A stretch of DNA of 64,000 nt, from assembly GCA_965279525.1 (NCBI GenBank), contig CBDIIB010000004.1, positions 224,001-288,000 of the forward strand, written 5' to 3'. Source of the DNA: Tagaea sp. Lineage in GTDB: Bacteria > Pseudomonadota > Alphaproteobacteria > CACIAM-22H2. Under the pieces are notes generated by a model, which worked only from the letters and a program-made list of their open reading frames with translations, was not told the DNA's origin and searched no databases. Of the stretch, positions 1-11,029 are shown one piece after another. Position 1 is the stretch's first letter. Each line of letters begins with the position of its first letter. Both the position numbers and the translations under genes were made by a program.

Positions 1-2
1 CG

Positions 3-701
3 GACTGGCTGCTTGCCCATCGCCTTCTTGGCCAGCCTTACAGGACGATGCCCTTCGCACTTCTGGCCGACGACGAGGACGCGCTGTTCGCGCAGTCCGG
101 CGCGCTGATGCGCGGCGATCTGGGTGCGATGGAGCGGCTGGTCCGTACCTTGATCCTGTCAGGTTTCGGCACGGCGATCTGCGGCAGCAGCCATGCGGCA
201 AGCCAGGGCGAGCACCTGATCAGTCACTATGCCGACATGCTCGGCGATCCTGAATGGCCGCCGGCATTTCACGGCGAACAGGTCGGCGTCGCGACGCTGA
301 CGATGGCACGGCTGCAGGAGCGACTTCTCGGCGAAAGCACGCTTCGTGTCGAGGCGGACACGTCCGAGCGCACGACGCTCCTCGATATCTTCGGCGAAGA
401 CATCGGTGGCGAATGCTGGAACGACTTCAGGAAAAAGCGCTTCGACAGGCGCAAGGCCGCCGAGATCAACGAAGTCCTTGCCGGTAGCTGGGATTCCATC
501 CGGGCGGAGATCGCCACCGTCATCCGTCCGGCGGCGGAACTCGACGCGGTCCTCGAGCGGGCGGGCGCACCCCGGACGGCGGCCGAGTTGGGCTGGCCGC
601 GCGATTTCTATGCGCAGGCCGTCGCGAACGCACGTCTGATCCGCAACCGATACACCTTCCTCGACCTTGGTGCCGGTGCCGGTTTGCCGCTCGATCCTTA
701 A
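3..701 (+). CDS. sn-glycerol-1-phosphate dehydrogenase-like (EgsA/AraM family) dehydrogenase, 5'-truncated by the window edge
   Basis: The frame is open from base 3. Motifs GSSHAASQGEHLISHY and HGEQVGV resemble the metal-binding His motifs of G1PDH/AraM. The C-terminus reads RNRYTFLDL. Confidence 0.75.
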   Translation, partial: DWLLAHRLLGQPYRTMPFALLADDEDALFAQSGALMRGDLGAMERLVRTLILSGFGTAICGSSHAASQGEHLISHYADMLGDPEWPPAFHGEQVGVATLTMARLQERLLGESTLRVEADTSERTTLLDIFGEDIGGECWNDFRKKRFDRRKAAEINEVLAGSWDSIRAEIATVIRPAAELDAVLERAGAPRTAAELGWPRDFYAQAVANARLIRNRYTFLDLGAGAGLPLDP

Positions 702-719
702 GGCCATCTGCGTCCGGAC

Positions 720-750
720 TTGACCTTGCCGTGGCGGCAAGGCGCATGCC
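720..750 (+). promoter_or_regulatory. MerR-family (CueR-like) promoter/operator upstream of copA
   Basis: TTGACC (-35) at 720-725 overlaps a perfect inverted repeat CCTTGCCG-TGG-CGGCAAGG (724-742). This resembles the CueR box ACCTTCC-N7-GGAAGGT and lies directly upstream of a Cu ATPase. Confidence 0.8.
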
Positions 751-776
751 TGCTAGGGTGCAATCCGGAGACAGAG

Positions 777-3080
777 ATGACCGCCACGCCCAGTTCCGCA
801 ATTCCCGTCGAAACGCGCGAGTTCGCCATCTCCGGCATGACCTGCGCGTCGTGTGTCTCGCGCGTCGAGAAGACGATCGGCGCCGTCGCGGGCGTTTCCA
901 AAGTGGCGGTCAATCTCGCGACGGAGCGCGCGACGGTCACCTCGCAGGTCGGCAAACTCGCCGCCGGTGCCGTCGAAGCCGCGACCGAGCGGGCGGGCTA
1001 CGATGCGCGTCTCCTCGACGACAAGGCCGCCACGGATCGCGTGCAGGACGCGAAGACGGTCGAACTCGAGGCCTTGCGTCGTGCGACGATCTTCTCGGGT
1101 GTCCTGACGGCACCGATCTTCGTCGTCGAGATGGGCGGGCACGCAATCCCGGCGATACATGACTGGGTCGGCATCCTGTTCGGCCATGGCGGGCTGGACA
1201 TCGCCTTCTTCGTCCTGGCGACGATCGTGCTTTTCGGACCCGGACTGCGCTTCCACACCAAAGGCCTGCCGAACCTGCTGCGCGGCACGCCCGACATGAA
1301 CTCGCTTGTGTCGATCGGCACGTTGAGCGCTTACGGATACTCGGTCGTCGCGACGTTCGCGCGCCACCTGCTGCCGGCCGGAACCGCCAACGTCTATTAC
1401 GAGGCGTCGGTCGTCATCGTCACGCTGATCCTCGCGGGCCGCTACCTCGAAGCGCTCAGCCGCGGCCGGACGAGCGCCGCGATCCGCCGGCTGGTCGGCC
1501 TGCAGCCGAAGACGGCACGCCGCGTGCGCGACGGCGTGGTCGCCGACGTGCCGCTGTCGGATATCCAGGTCGGCGACCGCGTGCAGGTCAGGCCCGGCGA
1601 GCGCGTACCGGTCGACGGCACGGTGATCGAGGGGCGCTCGCATGTCGACGAGTCAATGATTTCCGGCGAGCCGGTTCCGGTCCTGAAATCGGCCGGGTCC
1701 GACGTCGTCGGCGGCACCGTCAACACGACCGGAAGCTTCGTGGCAAAGGCGACCCGCGTGGGTGCCGACACGCTGCTGGCACAGATCGTCCGGATGGTCG
1801 AGAGTGCGCAGGGTGCGAAACTTCCGATCCAGTCGCTGGTCGACCGGATCACGGCGTATTTCGTTCCCGCCGTGCTTGCCGTCGCGGCGGTTACATTCTC
1901 CGTCTGGTGGCAGTTTGGACCGGAACCGGCGCTGGCATTCGGGCTGGCAAACGCCGTCGCCGTCCTGATCGTCGCATGCCCGTGTGCGATGGGTCTTGCG
2001 ACGCCGACCTCGATCATGGTCGGGACGGGGCGTGCCGCGGAACTCGGCATCCTTTTCAGGCGCGGAGACGCGCTTGAAGCCCTTCGCCGCGTCGCGACGA
2101 TCGCATTCGACAAGACAGGCACGTTGACGATGGGCGGACCGGCGCTGACCGACCTTGTCGTCGCGGAAGGGTTCGAGCGCGACGATGTCCTTCGTCTTGT
2201 CGCGTCGGTCGAAGCGCTTTCCGAGCATCCCGTCGCCGCGGCCATTGCCCGGAGCGCGCGCGATGCGGGGTTGGCGCTTTCGTCCGTGCAAGGGTTCGAA
2301 GCCCTGGCCGGCTACGGCGTGACGGCGCGCACCGACGGCCGCCAGGTCGCGGTCGGTGCCGACCGGTACATGCAGCGACTTGGCCTCGACGTCGCGGCAT
2401 TCTCGGGCGCCGCAGCGGCGCTTGCCGCTTCTGGCAGGTCGCCGCTTTACGCCTCGATCGACGGTGTCCTTGCCGGGCTTATCGCGGTGTCCGATCCGCT
2501 GCGCCCGACCAGCCGGGCCGCAATCGCGGCCTTGAAAAAGCTGGGGCTGCGCACCGTGATGATTTCGGGCGACAACAAGGCGACTGCAGGGGCTGTCGCG
2601 GCCGAGCTCGGCATCGACGAGGTCCATGCCGAGATCCTGCCGGCCGGAAAGCTCGATGTGCTGAAATCGCTGCATGCGGGCGGCGGGCCGGTGGCGTTCG
2701 TCGGCGACGGCATCAACGACGCGCCGGCACTGGCACAGGCCGATGTCGGTATCGCGGTCGGATCGGGCACGGATATCGCCATCGAAAGCGCCGACGTGGT
2801 GCTGATGTCGAGCGATCTGCGCGTGGTCGTGGCGGCGATCTCGCTTTCGAAGGCGACCATGCGCAACATCGAGCAGAATCTCTTCTGGGCATTCGCCTAC
2901 AACGTCGCCTTGATCCCGCTTGCCGCCGGCGCGCTCTATCCGCACTTCGGCGTGCTGCTGTCGCCGATGATCGCGGCCGGTGCGATGGCGATGTCGAGCC
3001 TGTTCGTCCTGTCGAACGCGCTGCGTCTGCGCCGTTTCGCGCCGCCGGCGCCCTCGCGCGCGCAGAGCGAAGTGGGCTAG
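777..3080 (+). CDS. copA: Copper-exporting P1B-type ATPase
   Basis: HMA motif GMTCASC, transmembrane CPC, DKTGTLT, SEHP, GDGIND, and Cu(I) signature YN...MAMSS. ATG at 777 follows GGAG. Confidence 0.93.
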   Translation: MTATPSSAIPVETREFAISGMTCASCVSRVEKTIGAVAGVSKVAVNLATERATVTSQVGKLAAGAVEAATERAGYDARLLDDKAATDRVQDAKTVELEALRRATIFSGVLTAPIFVVEMGGHAIPAIHDWVGILFGHGGLDIAFFVLATIVLFGPGLRFHTKGLPNLLRGTPDMNSLVSIGTLSAYGYSVVATFARHLLPAGTANVYYEASVVIVTLILAGRYLEALSRGRTSAAIRRLVGLQPKTARRVRDGVVADVPLSDIQVGDRVQVRPGERVPVDGTVIEGRSHVDESMISGEPVPVLKSAGSDVVGGTVNTTGSFVAKATRVGADTLLAQIVRMVESAQGAKLPIQSLVDRITAYFVPAVLAVAAVTFSVWWQFGPEPALAFGLANAVAVLIVACPCAMGLATPTSIMVGTGRAAELGILFRRGDALEALRRVATIAFDKTGTLTMGGPALTDLVVAEGFERDDVLRLVASVEALSEHPVAAAIARSARDAGLALSSVQGFEALAGYGVTARTDGRQVAVGADRYMQRLGLDVAAFSGAAAALAASGRSPLYASIDGVLAGLIAVSDPLRPTSRAAIAALKKLGLRTVMISGDNKATAGAVAAELGIDEVHAEILPAGKLDVLKSLHAGGGPVAFVGDGINDAPALAQADVGIAVGSGTDIAIESADVVLMSSDLRVVVAAISLSKATMRNIEQNLFWAFAYNVALIPLAAGALYPHFGVLLSPMIAAGAMAMSSLFVLSNALRLRRFAPPAPSRAQSEVG

Positions 3081-3089
3081 TCTGTACGG

Positions 3090-4571
3090 ATGCACGCTCC
3101 TCCCATCGCGTTCGACAACGCCTATGCGAAACTTCCGTCGCAGTTCCATGCACGGCTTGCGCCGACCCCCGTCGCCGCGCCCCGGCTGCTGCGGCTCAAT
3201 CTGCCGCTTGCCGACGAGCTGGGGCTCGATGCGAAATGGCTAAGCGGGCCGGATGGCGTCGCGATGCTTGCCGGAAACCGGATGCCCGAGGGTGCCGACC
3301 CGCTGGCGATGGTCTATGCCGGGCACCAGTTCGGCCATTGGGTTCCGCAACTGGGCGACGGACGGGCGATCCTGCTGGGCGAGGTGCGGGACCGCGACGG
3401 GATGCGACGGGAAATCCAGCTCAAGGGCTCAGGGCGCACGCCGTTTTCGCGCTCGGGCGACGGACGTGCGGCCATCGGTCCGGTCTTGCGCGAATACATC
3501 GTCAGCGAGGCGATGGCGGCATTGGGTATCCGTACGACGCGCTCGCTTGCGGCTGTCGCGACCGGGGAGCGGGTCTATCGGGAAAGCGTGTTGCCCGGGG
3601 CGATCCTGACTCGGGTCGCGCGCAGCCATGTCCGGGTCGGCACGTTCCAGTTTTTCGCCGCGCGCGGCGACGTCGCCTCCTTGCGCCAGCTCGCCGACCA
3701 CGCCATCGCAAGTCTCGTCCCGGATGCGGTCACTGCGAGCGAGCCCTACCGCGCGTTTCTCGAGGCGACCGTCGCTCGGACCGCCGATCTGATCGCCAGC
3801 TGGCAGCTCGTCGGATTCATCCATGGCGTGATGAACACCGATAACATGTCGATTGCCGGCGAGACGATCGACTACGGTCCCTGCGCGTTCATGGACACGT
3901 ACCATCCCGGAACCGTCTTCAGTTCCATCGACAGCGGCGGGCGCTATGCCTATGCCAACCAGCCGCGGATCGCGCACTGGAATCTTGCCCAGCTCGCGCA
4001 ATCGCTTCTGCCGCTGCTCGGCGCGGACGAGGGGGCGGCAGTCGAAGCGGCCCAGGCGGCGATCGACGCGTTCCCCGACAGGTTCGAAGAGTCGTTCGTT
4101 GCCGGCCTGCGCCGCAAGCTCGGGCTCGCTACGGCGCGCGAAGGCGATGCGGCACTTGCGCAGGATTTCCTCGACTGCATGGCCGCGCAGTCGGCGGACT
4201 TCACGCTGACCTTCCGGCATCTGTGCGATGCAGGTTCTGCGGATGCGTCTGCTGACGGTCAGGTGCGCGCGCAGTTCGCCGATCCGGCGGCATTCGACGG
4301 GTGGGTGGCGAACTGGCGCCTGCGACTTGCCGAGGAGGCTTCGGTCGATGTCGAGCGGCAGGCTTTGATGCGCCGGTCCAATCCGGCCTTCATTCCGCGC
4401 AACCACCGTGTCGCGGCTGCGCTCGATGCGGCCGAAGCGGGCGATGAAGGCCCGCTCGACGAACTGCTGGCCGTCCTGTCGAAACCTTACGACGACCAGC
4501 CGGCCTACGCGGCCTATGCCGACCCGCCGAAGCCCGATGAGGTCGTCCAGGCGACGTTCTGCGGAACCTGA
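3090..4571 (+). CDS. selO: Protein adenylyltransferase SelO/YdiU
   Basis: Motifs [59 protein letters not shown] and C-terminal TFCGT. Confidence 0.95.
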   Translation: MHAPPIAFDNAYAKLPSQFHARLAPTPVAAPRLLRLNLPLADELGLDAKWLSGPDGVAMLAGNRMPEGADPLAMVYAGHQFGHWVPQLGDGRAILLGEVRDRDGMRREIQLKGSGRTPFSRSGDGRAAIGPVLREYIVSEAMAALGIRTTRSLAAVATGERVYRESVLPGAILTRVARSHVRVGTFQFFAARGDVASLRQLADHAIASLVPDAVTASEPYRAFLEATVARTADLIASWQLVGFIHGVMNTDNMSIAGETIDYGPCAFMDTYHPGTVFSSIDSGGRYAYANQPRIAHWNLAQLAQSLLPLLGADEGAAVEAAQAAIDAFPDRFEESFVAGLRRKLGLATAREGDAALAQDFLDCMAAQSADFTLTFRHLCDAGSADASADGQVRAQFADPAAFDGWVANWRLRLAEEASVDVERQALMRRSNPAFIPRNHRVAAALDAAEAGDEGPLDELLAVLSKPYDDQPAYAAYADPPKPDEVVQATFCGT

Positions 4572-4572
4572 T

Positions 4573-5271
4573 ATGGACCATCCGACCGACCTGGCGATCG
4601 CCGCAGGCTCCGACATGCTCGGACTTGCCTTTGCCCTTTTCCTGGCGGGCCTTGCCGGCGGCTTCACGCATTGTGCCGCGATGTGCGGGCCATTTGTCGT
4701 GGCACAGTCGCTTGCGAGGATCGAGGGCCTGGGCATCGAGCGCCTGAAGGGGCTGCTACTGGCGCCGTACCATTTGGGGCGTGCGACCAGCTACATCGGG
4801 ATCGGTGCGGCGCTCGGTGCAGTCGGTGGTGCGGTGTCTGGACTGACGGGGCTGGATTACGTCCTTGCGGCATTCCTCGTTCTGGCGGCAGGTCTTTTCG
4901 TGCTTCAGGCGATGGGACGTGCCCCGTCGGGTGGCGGTGCCGTCGGGCGGTGGGTCGCAGCATGCGTGCGCCCGCTCGTCGCGACACCGACAGGGATCAG
5001 GGGCTATGCGCTTGGTGTCGGACTTGGATTCCTGCCGTGCGGATTTCTTTACGGCGCATTCGCTGCCGCTGCAGGCAGCGGTGGCGTCGTGCAGGGAGCG
5101 GTCGCCATGTCGGGCTTCGTCGCCGGCACGTTGCCGGCCCTGCTCGTCGTCCAGTTCGCCGGCGCGATGGCTGCCCGGCGCTGGCGAACGGCACTTGGCG
5201 CGCTCGCACCATTGCTGATGATGTTCAACGCGGCAGCATTGCTGCTGATCGCCTGGCGGCTGGTCAGCTAG
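4573..5271 (+). CDS. DsbD_2 / TauE-SafE-like membrane protein of the type found beside cbb3 maturation genes
   Basis: Hydrophobic protein with HCAAMCGP, YHLGRATSY and GFLPCGFLY motifs. ATG lies 1 nt after the selO stop. Confidence 0.85.
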   Translation: MDHPTDLAIAAGSDMLGLAFALFLAGLAGGFTHCAAMCGPFVVAQSLARIEGLGIERLKGLLLAPYHLGRATSYIGIGAALGAVGGAVSGLTGLDYVLAAFLVLAAGLFVLQAMGRAPSGGGAVGRWVAACVRPLVATPTGIRGYALGVGLGFLPCGFLYGAFAAAAGSGGVVQGAVAMSGFVAGTLPALLVVQFAGAMAARRWRTALGALAPLLMMFNAAALLLIAWRLVS

Positions 5272-6055
5272 GTTCGGGAATTTCCACGAGATCCTTGTAG
5301 CAGTGCCATGTCGCGTGGCCGATCAGCGGCATCGTGACGGCGAGGCCGAGGAAGAACGGCAGCATTCCGAAGAACGTGAATGCGCAGATCAGCACGGCCC
5401 ACAGCGCCATCGGCTTGAAATTCTCGCGAACGGCGACGAACGACGTGGCGATCGCGACCCAGACGGGCGTCTCCGGCCGGTCCAGCAGCATCGGGATCGA
5501 CACGGCGGAGATCGCGAACACGACGGCGGCAAGCACGAACCCGATGGCCGTGCCGACGACCAGGAAGGGCAGGGACGCCGGCGAGAAAAGCGTCATGTCG
5601 ACCAGATCCTGCAGAGTGCCGCGCGGACTGCCGAAGAACAGCGCGAACAGCAGCATCGCCATGCGCGTCCAGAACAGATTGATGAGCATCAGCACGAAGC
5701 CCATGTAGGCCATGTGCTCGGGGTTCGCCCGGTAGGCGGCAAGCGAGGTGCCGACCGACGGTGTTCTCCCGATGCCGATCAGCCGGCTCGCTTCGTAGAG
5801 ACCGACCGCCAGCAGCGGGGCCAGCAAAAGGAACCCGGCGGCAAGTGGCAAAAGAAGGTACAGTGACTCGGTCGCGACGAGAAAAAGAGCAATGGCGTAG
5901 CTCGCGCCGACAAACGCGGCACCGTAAGCGAGGCTGACCTTGGGGGCGGCCTGGAAATCGGCCCATCCCCGCGCCAGCCAGACCCAAGGTCTATCCAGAG
6001 CCGTTTTTCGAATATAGGGGGTCGGCCCCCTAAATACCGGTACTGCTTGGCTCAT
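5264..6055 (-). CDS. DUF2189-like integral membrane protein
   Basis: Motifs WLARGWADF, LAVGLYEASR and PLIGHATWHCYKDLV. Divergent from ccoN, a context typical of this family. Start taken at MSQAV after GGAGG. Confidence 0.8.
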   Translation of the reverse strand: MSQAVPVFRGPTPYIRKTALDRPWVWLARGWADFQAAPKVSLAYGAAFVGASYAIALFLVATESLYLLLPLAAGFLLLAPLLAVGLYEASRLIGIGRTPSVGTSLAAYRANPEHMAYMGFVLMLINLFWTRMAMLLFALFFGSPRGTLQDLVDMTLFSPASLPFLVVGTAIGFVLAAVVFAISAVSIPMLLDRPETPVWVAIATSFVAVRENFKPMALWAVLICAFTFFGMLPFFLGLAVTMPLIGHATWHCYKDLVEIPEPS

Positions 6056-6106
6056 TCTGGTCCTCCCGAGCGGCCAAGTTGTCGCATTGAACCGACCGCG
6101 TTCGCC

Positions 6107-6120
6107 TTGATTTGCATCAA
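6107..6120. promoter_or_regulatory. FNR/FixK box
   Basis: Perfect TTGAT-TTGC-ATCAA between the divergent DUF2189 gene and ccoN. Confidence 0.92.
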
Positions 6121-6200
6121 TGTCGCATCGATCGCCAAAGACCATAGTGCACTGCAGTAAGAACGAGTCCGGGGCAAGTCTAGAACACTGAGGGGGTCCA

Positions 6201-7688
6201 ATGGCATCCGTATCCGCCACTGCCGGCGGCGTCCATGCGCATGGTGCATCGACGCGCGAGCAGGCCGTACCGCAATACAACGACGACGTCGTGCGCGCGG
6301 GATTGATCGCGACGATCTTCTGGGGCGTTGTCGGCTTCCTCATGGGGAACGTGATCGCCTCGCAGCTCGCGTTCCCGGTCATGAATCTCGGACTCGAGTG
6401 GACGTCGTTCGGCCGCCTGCGGCCGGTACACACGTCAGCGGTGGTCTTCGCGTTCGGCGGAAACGCGATGATCGCGGCCTCGTTCTACATCGTCCAGCGG
6501 ACCTGCCGGACAAACCTGTTCCTTGGCTCGCTGGGTGCGTGGTGCGTGTTCTGGGGCTACCAGCTCTTCATCGTGCTGGCGGCACTCGGCTACGTGCTCG
6601 GCATCACGTCGGGCAAGGAATACGCCGAGCCGGAATGGTTCGTGGATATCTGGCTCACGATCGTCTGGGTGCTCTACCTGGTGGTCTATGCCGGCACGCT
6701 GGTGAAGCGGCGCGAAGAGCACATCTATGTCGCCAACTGGTTCATCCTGTCGTTCATCATCACCGTGGCGATGCTGCATATCGGCAACAACGTGCAGGTG
6801 CCGGTGTCGTGGACGGGCTGGAAGAGCTACACGGTGCCCGGCGGCGTGCAGGACGCGATGATCCAGTGGTGGTACGGACACAACGCGGTCGGCTTCTTCC
6901 TGACCGCGGCGTTTCTCGGAATGATGTATTATTTCATTCCGAAGGCGGCGGGCCGGCCGGTCTATTCGTACCGCTTGTCGATCGTGCATTTCTGGTCGCT
7001 GGTGTTCCTCTATATCTGGGCCGGACCGCACCATCTCCACTACACCTCGCTGCCCGACTGGGCGCAGACGCTGGGCATGACGTTCTCCGTCATGCTGTGG
7101 ATGCCGTCCTGGGGCGGCATGATCAACGGCCTGATGACGCTGTCGGGCGCGTGGGACAAGCTCAGGACCGACGCGTCGCTGCGCTTCTCGGTCACGGCGG
7201 TCGCGTTCTACGGCATGTCGACCTTCGAAGGGCCGATGATGTCGATCAAGGCGGTCAACGCGCTCTCGCACTACACCGACTGGACCGTCGGCCACGTGCA
7301 TTCGGGCGCCATGGGCTGGGTCGGCTTCATCTCGTTCGGCATGCTCTACTGGATGGTGCCGCAGCTGTGGAAGCGCGAAGGGCTCTGGTCGCAGCGGCTC
7401 GTGGCCTGGCACTTCTGGATCGCGACGCTCGGGATCGTCCTCTACATCACGGCGATGTGGGTCTCGGGCATCATGCAGGGCCTGATGTGGCGGGCCTACG
7501 ACGAGTTCGGCTTCCTGCAGTACTCGTTCGGCGAGACGGTCGCAGCGATGCATCCGTTCTACGTCATCCGGCTGCTCGGCGGGCTGCTCTATCTCGCGGG
7601 CGCGCTGATCATGGCGTTCAATCTCTGGAAGACGATCACGGACGTGGCGCCTGTGCGCGCCACTGCCGCCGTCGTCGCGACCGCTTAA
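6201..7688 (+). CDS. ccoN: cbb3-type cytochrome c oxidase subunit I
   Basis: Motifs [36 protein letters not shown] and GHVHSGA. Confidence 0.98.
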   Translation: MASVSATAGGVHAHGASTREQAVPQYNDDVVRAGLIATIFWGVVGFLMGNVIASQLAFPVMNLGLEWTSFGRLRPVHTSAVVFAFGGNAMIAASFYIVQRTCRTNLFLGSLGAWCVFWGYQLFIVLAALGYVLGITSGKEYAEPEWFVDIWLTIVWVLYLVVYAGTLVKRREEHIYVANWFILSFIITVAMLHIGNNVQVPVSWTGWKSYTVPGGVQDAMIQWWYGHNAVGFFLTAAFLGMMYYFIPKAAGRPVYSYRLSIVHFWSLVFLYIWAGPHHLHYTSLPDWAQTLGMTFSVMLWMPSWGGMINGLMTLSGAWDKLRTDASLRFSVTAVAFYGMSTFEGPMMSIKAVNALSHYTDWTVGHVHSGAMGWVGFISFGMLYWMVPQLWKREGLWSQRLVAWHFWIATLGIVLYITAMWVSGIMQGLMWRAYDEFGFLQYSFGETVAAMHPFYVIRLLGGLLYLAGALIMAFNLWKTITDVAPVRATAAVVATA

Positions 7689-7703
7689 GGGGAGTAGCGA
7701 AGA

Positions 7704-8429
7704 ATGGCTTTCAATCACGCGATCCTCGAGAAGAACGTCGTCCTGCTGGCCGTCTGCACGCTGATCACCGTGGCGATCGGCGGGCTCGTCCAGATCGTCC
7801 CGCTGTTCACGATCGAACAGACGATCGAGCGGGTCGAAGGGGTGCGCCCCTATTCGCCGCTCGAACTGGCCGGCCGGAACATCTATGTCCGCGAAGGTTG
7901 CTACAACTGCCACAGCCAGCAGATCCGTCCCTTCCGGGACGAGATCGAGCGCTACGGCCACTACAGCCTCGCGGCTGAATCGATGTACGACCATCCGTTC
8001 CAGTGGGGCTCGAAGCGCAACGGGCCGGATCTGGCGCGTGTCGGCGGCAAGTACTCCGACGAGTGGCATGTCGCCCACATGATCGATCCGCGCGCCGTCG
8101 TTCCGGAATCGATCATGCCGACCTATGCCTTCATGGCGAAGCGGCCGCTCGAGTACGCCGACATCCAGGCGCATCTCAAGACGCTGAAGATGATCGGCGT
8201 GCCCTACACCGACGAGATGATCGCGAACGCGAAGGCCGATCTGGAGGCGCAGAAGAATCCGGATGCCGACACGGCCGGACTTGTCGCGCGATATCCGAAA
8301 GCCGTCGTTTCGAACTTCGCCGGCGATCCCGGCAAGGTGACGGAACTCGACGCGGTCATCGCCTACATGCAGATGCTCGGCACGCTCGTCGACTTCCGCA
8401 ACGTCAAGCCCGAACAACTTCGTCAGTAA
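7704..8429 (+). CDS. ccoO: cbb3 oxidase subunit II
   Basis: Motifs [14 protein letters not shown] and [15 protein letters not shown]. Confidence 0.98.
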   Translation: MAFNHAILEKNVVLLAVCTLITVAIGGLVQIVPLFTIEQTIERVEGVRPYSPLELAGRNIYVREGCYNCHSQQIRPFRDEIERYGHYSLAAESMYDHPFQWGSKRNGPDLARVGGKYSDEWHVAHMIDPRAVVPESIMPTYAFMAKRPLEYADIQAHLKTLKMIGVPYTDEMIANAKADLEAQKNPDADTAGLVARYPKAVVSNFAGDPGKVTELDAVIAYMQMLGTLVDFRNVKPEQLRQ

Positions 8430-8442
8430 CGGAGCACCGACC

Positions 8443-8598
8443 ATGGACCCGATGCAACTGAGCCAGATCCTCGGAACGGTCTCGACCGTCTGGTTCTTCC
8501 TGTTCTTCGTCGGAATGCTGCTCTGGGTTTTCTGGCCATCGCGCAAGCCGCATATGGACCATCAGGCCCGGATCCCGCTGCAAGACGACGAACGCTGA
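8443..8598 (+). CDS. ccoQ: cbb3 oxidase subunit IV (51 aa, not in the ORF track)
   Basis: Reads MDPMQLSQILGTVSTVWFFLFFVGMLLWVFWPSRKPHMDHQARIPLQDDER between ccoO and ccoP. It has one TM helix, the ARIPLxD motif and a GGAG RBS. Confidence 0.92.
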   Translation: MDPMQLSQILGTVSTVWFFLFFVGMLLWVFWPSRKPHMDHQARIPLQDDER

Positions 8599-8625
8599 AC
8601 GAAGTCCCCAAGGGGAGCGCACGAC

Positions 8626-9495
8626 ATGCCGACGAAGATCGAGAAAGACGCCGTCACAGGGACCGATACCACGGGCCACGAATGGGACGGCATCAAGGAA
8701 CTGAACACGCCGCTGCCGAAATGGTGGCTCTACACGTATTACGCGACGATCATCTGGTCGCTTGCGTACTATGTCTTCTATCCCGCATGGCCGTCTCTGT
8801 CCGGCCACACGCCGGGAATCCTCGGCTGGACGATGCGCGGCGAGATCGCGGCCGAAATGGAAGCCGCGAAGCGGACGCATGCCCCGAATGTCCGGCGCAT
8901 CGCCGAAAGTTCGCTGGGCGACATCCGCAAGTCGGCCGACCTTCGCACCTATGCGATGGCCGGCGGTCGTTCGGCGTTCGGCGTCCAGTGCGCGCCATGC
9001 CACGGTGCCGGCGGCGCAGGGTCGAAAGGTTTCCCGAACCTCGTCGACGACAACTGGATCTGGGGCGGTTCGCTCGACGAGATCTACACGACGATCCAGT
9101 ACGGCGTGCGCAACTCGAACGACAAGTCGCGCCTTTCGCAGATGCCGCGCTTCGGTGCTGACGGGATCCTGACCGCGAAGCAGATCGACGACGTGGCCGA
9201 GTATGTGCTGTCGCTGTCGCGCCGCTCGGGCGACGCGGCCGCAGCCGGCCGCGGTGCAGCCGTCTATGCCGAAAACTGCGTGGCGTGCCATCAGGAAGGC
9301 GGGACGGGCAACCAGGAGATGGGTGCGCCCAATCTCGCCGCGAACATCTGGATGTACGGCGGCGACAAGGCGACGCTCGTCGAAACGATCCGCAACGCAA
9401 GGCAGGGCGCCATGCCGGCCTGGTCCGAGCGACTGGACGACGCGACGGTCAAGATGCTCGCCGTCTATGTCCACGCATTGGGCGGCGGCAAGTAA
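8626..9495 (+). CDS. ccoP: cbb3 oxidase subunit III
   Basis: Motif TTGHEWDGIKELNTPLPKWW and two CxxCH (CAPCH, CVACH). Confidence 0.98.
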   Translation: MPTKIEKDAVTGTDTTGHEWDGIKELNTPLPKWWLYTYYATIIWSLAYYVFYPAWPSLSGHTPGILGWTMRGEIAAEMEAAKRTHAPNVRRIAESSLGDIRKSADLRTYAMAGGRSAFGVQCAPCHGAGGAGSKGFPNLVDDNWIWGGSLDEIYTTIQYGVRNSNDKSRLSQMPRFGADGILTAKQIDDVAEYVLSLSRRSGDAAAAGRGAAVYAENCVACHQEGGTGNQEMGAPNLAANIWMYGGDKATLVETIRNARQGAMPAWSERLDDATVKMLAVYVHALGGGK

Positions 9496-9507
9496 AGGTC
9501 ATTGGCA

Positions 9508-11013
9508 ATGGATGGCGGCTCAACCACCGACGCACGCGTGCCGCCATCCGTTGTCGTTGACGATGCGGTTTCGACGAAGGTCCAGAAGGCGGCACAGCCG
9601 CTCTATGCTTCGCGGATCAAGGTCCATCCGAAGTCGGTATCCGGCACGTTCAGGACGGTCAAATGGGCCGTCCTGGGACTGTGCCTTGCGGTCTACTATC
9701 TGGCACCCTGGCTGCGCTGGGATCGCGGGCCGAGCGCGCCCGACCAGGCGATCCTGATCGACATGCCGGGCCGCAAGGCCTACTTCTTCATGCTCGAGAT
9801 CTGGCCGCAGGAAGTCTACTTCCTGACCGGACTTCTGGTCATTGCCGCGATCGTCCTGTTCCTCGTCACGTCGCTGTTCGGGCGGCTGTGGTGCGGCTAT
9901 GCCTGTCCGCAGACGGTCTGGACGGACCTGTTCATGCTGGTCGAGCGCTGGATCGAAGGCGATCGCAACGCGCGGATGAAGCTGGACGCGGCGCCGAATT
10001 CTGCGGCCAAGATCGCGAAGCGGACGGCGAAACACGCGAGCTGGCTTGCCATCGCCATGGCGACGGGCGGCGCCTGGGTCCTCTATTTCGGCGACGCGCC
10101 GACGCTGCTGGGCGAGATATTCACTGGCCGTGCCAGCCTCACGGAGTATTTCTTCATCGGCCTCTTCACGGCGACGACATATACGCTCGCCGGCCTCGCC
10201 CGCGAACAGGTCTGCACCTACATGTGCCCCTGGCCGCGCTTCCAGAGCGCCATGCTCGACGACCAGTCCTATGTCGTCACCTACGAAGGCTGGCGTGGCG
10301 AGCCGCGCGGCAAGCTCGCGAAGAAGGCCGACGGCGTCGATCCGTGGGCCGGCCGCGGCGACTGCGTCGACTGCAACTCCTGCGTCGCGACCTGCCCGAC
10401 CGGCATCGACATCCGCGACGGCCAGCAGCTCGAATGCATCGGCTGCGGCCTGTGCGTCGACGCGTGCAATGCCGTGATGGACAAGGTCGGGCGCCCGCGC
10501 GACCTGATCCGCTTCGACACGCTGGCCAACCAGCAGGCCCGTTCGGTCGGAGCGCCGGCGACCCACCGCTTCGTCCGTCCGCGCACCATCCTCTATGCCG
10601 CGGTTCTCGCCGTCGTCGGCTCGGTCATGCTGACGGCGCTGCTGATGCGCACGACGGTCGAACTGAGCGTCCTGCGCGATCGCAATCCGCTTTTCTCCAC
10701 GCTCGTCGATGGCCGCATCCGCAACGCGTACACCATCCATGTCCTCAACAAGACGCACGAGCCGCAGAGCTATCGGCTGGCCATCTCGGGCATCGGTGGC
10801 GCTGTGCTTTCGGCCGTCGGGGATGGGTCGACGGGCGACGTGCTGGAAATCGTCGCCAAGCCGGACTCTGTCGCGAACAACCGCGTGTTCGTGACGGCGC
10901 CTCTCGCAGGACTTCGCAATGCCGCATCCACGAAGATCGAGTTCAAGCTCGAGCGCGTCGGCGGCGGCGCACGTGCCGAATACGACTCCGTCTTTCTCGC
11001 TCCCGGACGCTGA
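9508..11013 (+). CDS. ccoG: cbb3 accessory ferredoxin-like membrane protein CcoG/FixG
   Basis: Motifs GRLWCGYACPQTVW, EQVCTYMCPW, CVDCNSCVATCP and CIGCGLCVDAC. Confidence 0.96.
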   Translation: MDGGSTTDARVPPSVVVDDAVSTKVQKAAQPLYASRIKVHPKSVSGTFRTVKWAVLGLCLAVYYLAPWLRWDRGPSAPDQAILIDMPGRKAYFFMLEIWPQEVYFLTGLLVIAAIVLFLVTSLFGRLWCGYACPQTVWTDLFMLVERWIEGDRNARMKLDAAPNSAAKIAKRTAKHASWLAIAMATGGAWVLYFGDAPTLLGEIFTGRASLTEYFFIGLFTATTYTLAGLAREQVCTYMCPWPRFQSAMLDDQSYVVTYEGWRGEPRGKLAKKADGVDPWAGRGDCVDCNSCVATCPTGIDIRDGQQLECIGCGLCVDACNAVMDKVGRPRDLIRFDTLANQQARSVGAPATHRFVRPRTILYAAVLAVVGSVMLTALLMRTTVELSVLRDRNPLFSTLVDGRIRNAYTIHVLNKTHEPQSYRLAISGIGGAVLSAVGDGSTGDVLEIVAKPDSVANNRVFVTAPLAGLRNAASTKIEFKLERVGGGARAEYDSVFLAPGR

Positions 11014-11029
11014 CGCAAAGGAACCCCCG

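Noticed and set aside
4560-4575. Possible selenocysteine read-through at the selO TGA
   Set aside because: The redox position is already Cys (TFCGT). The TGA follows the normal C-terminus and the next gene starts 1 nt later.
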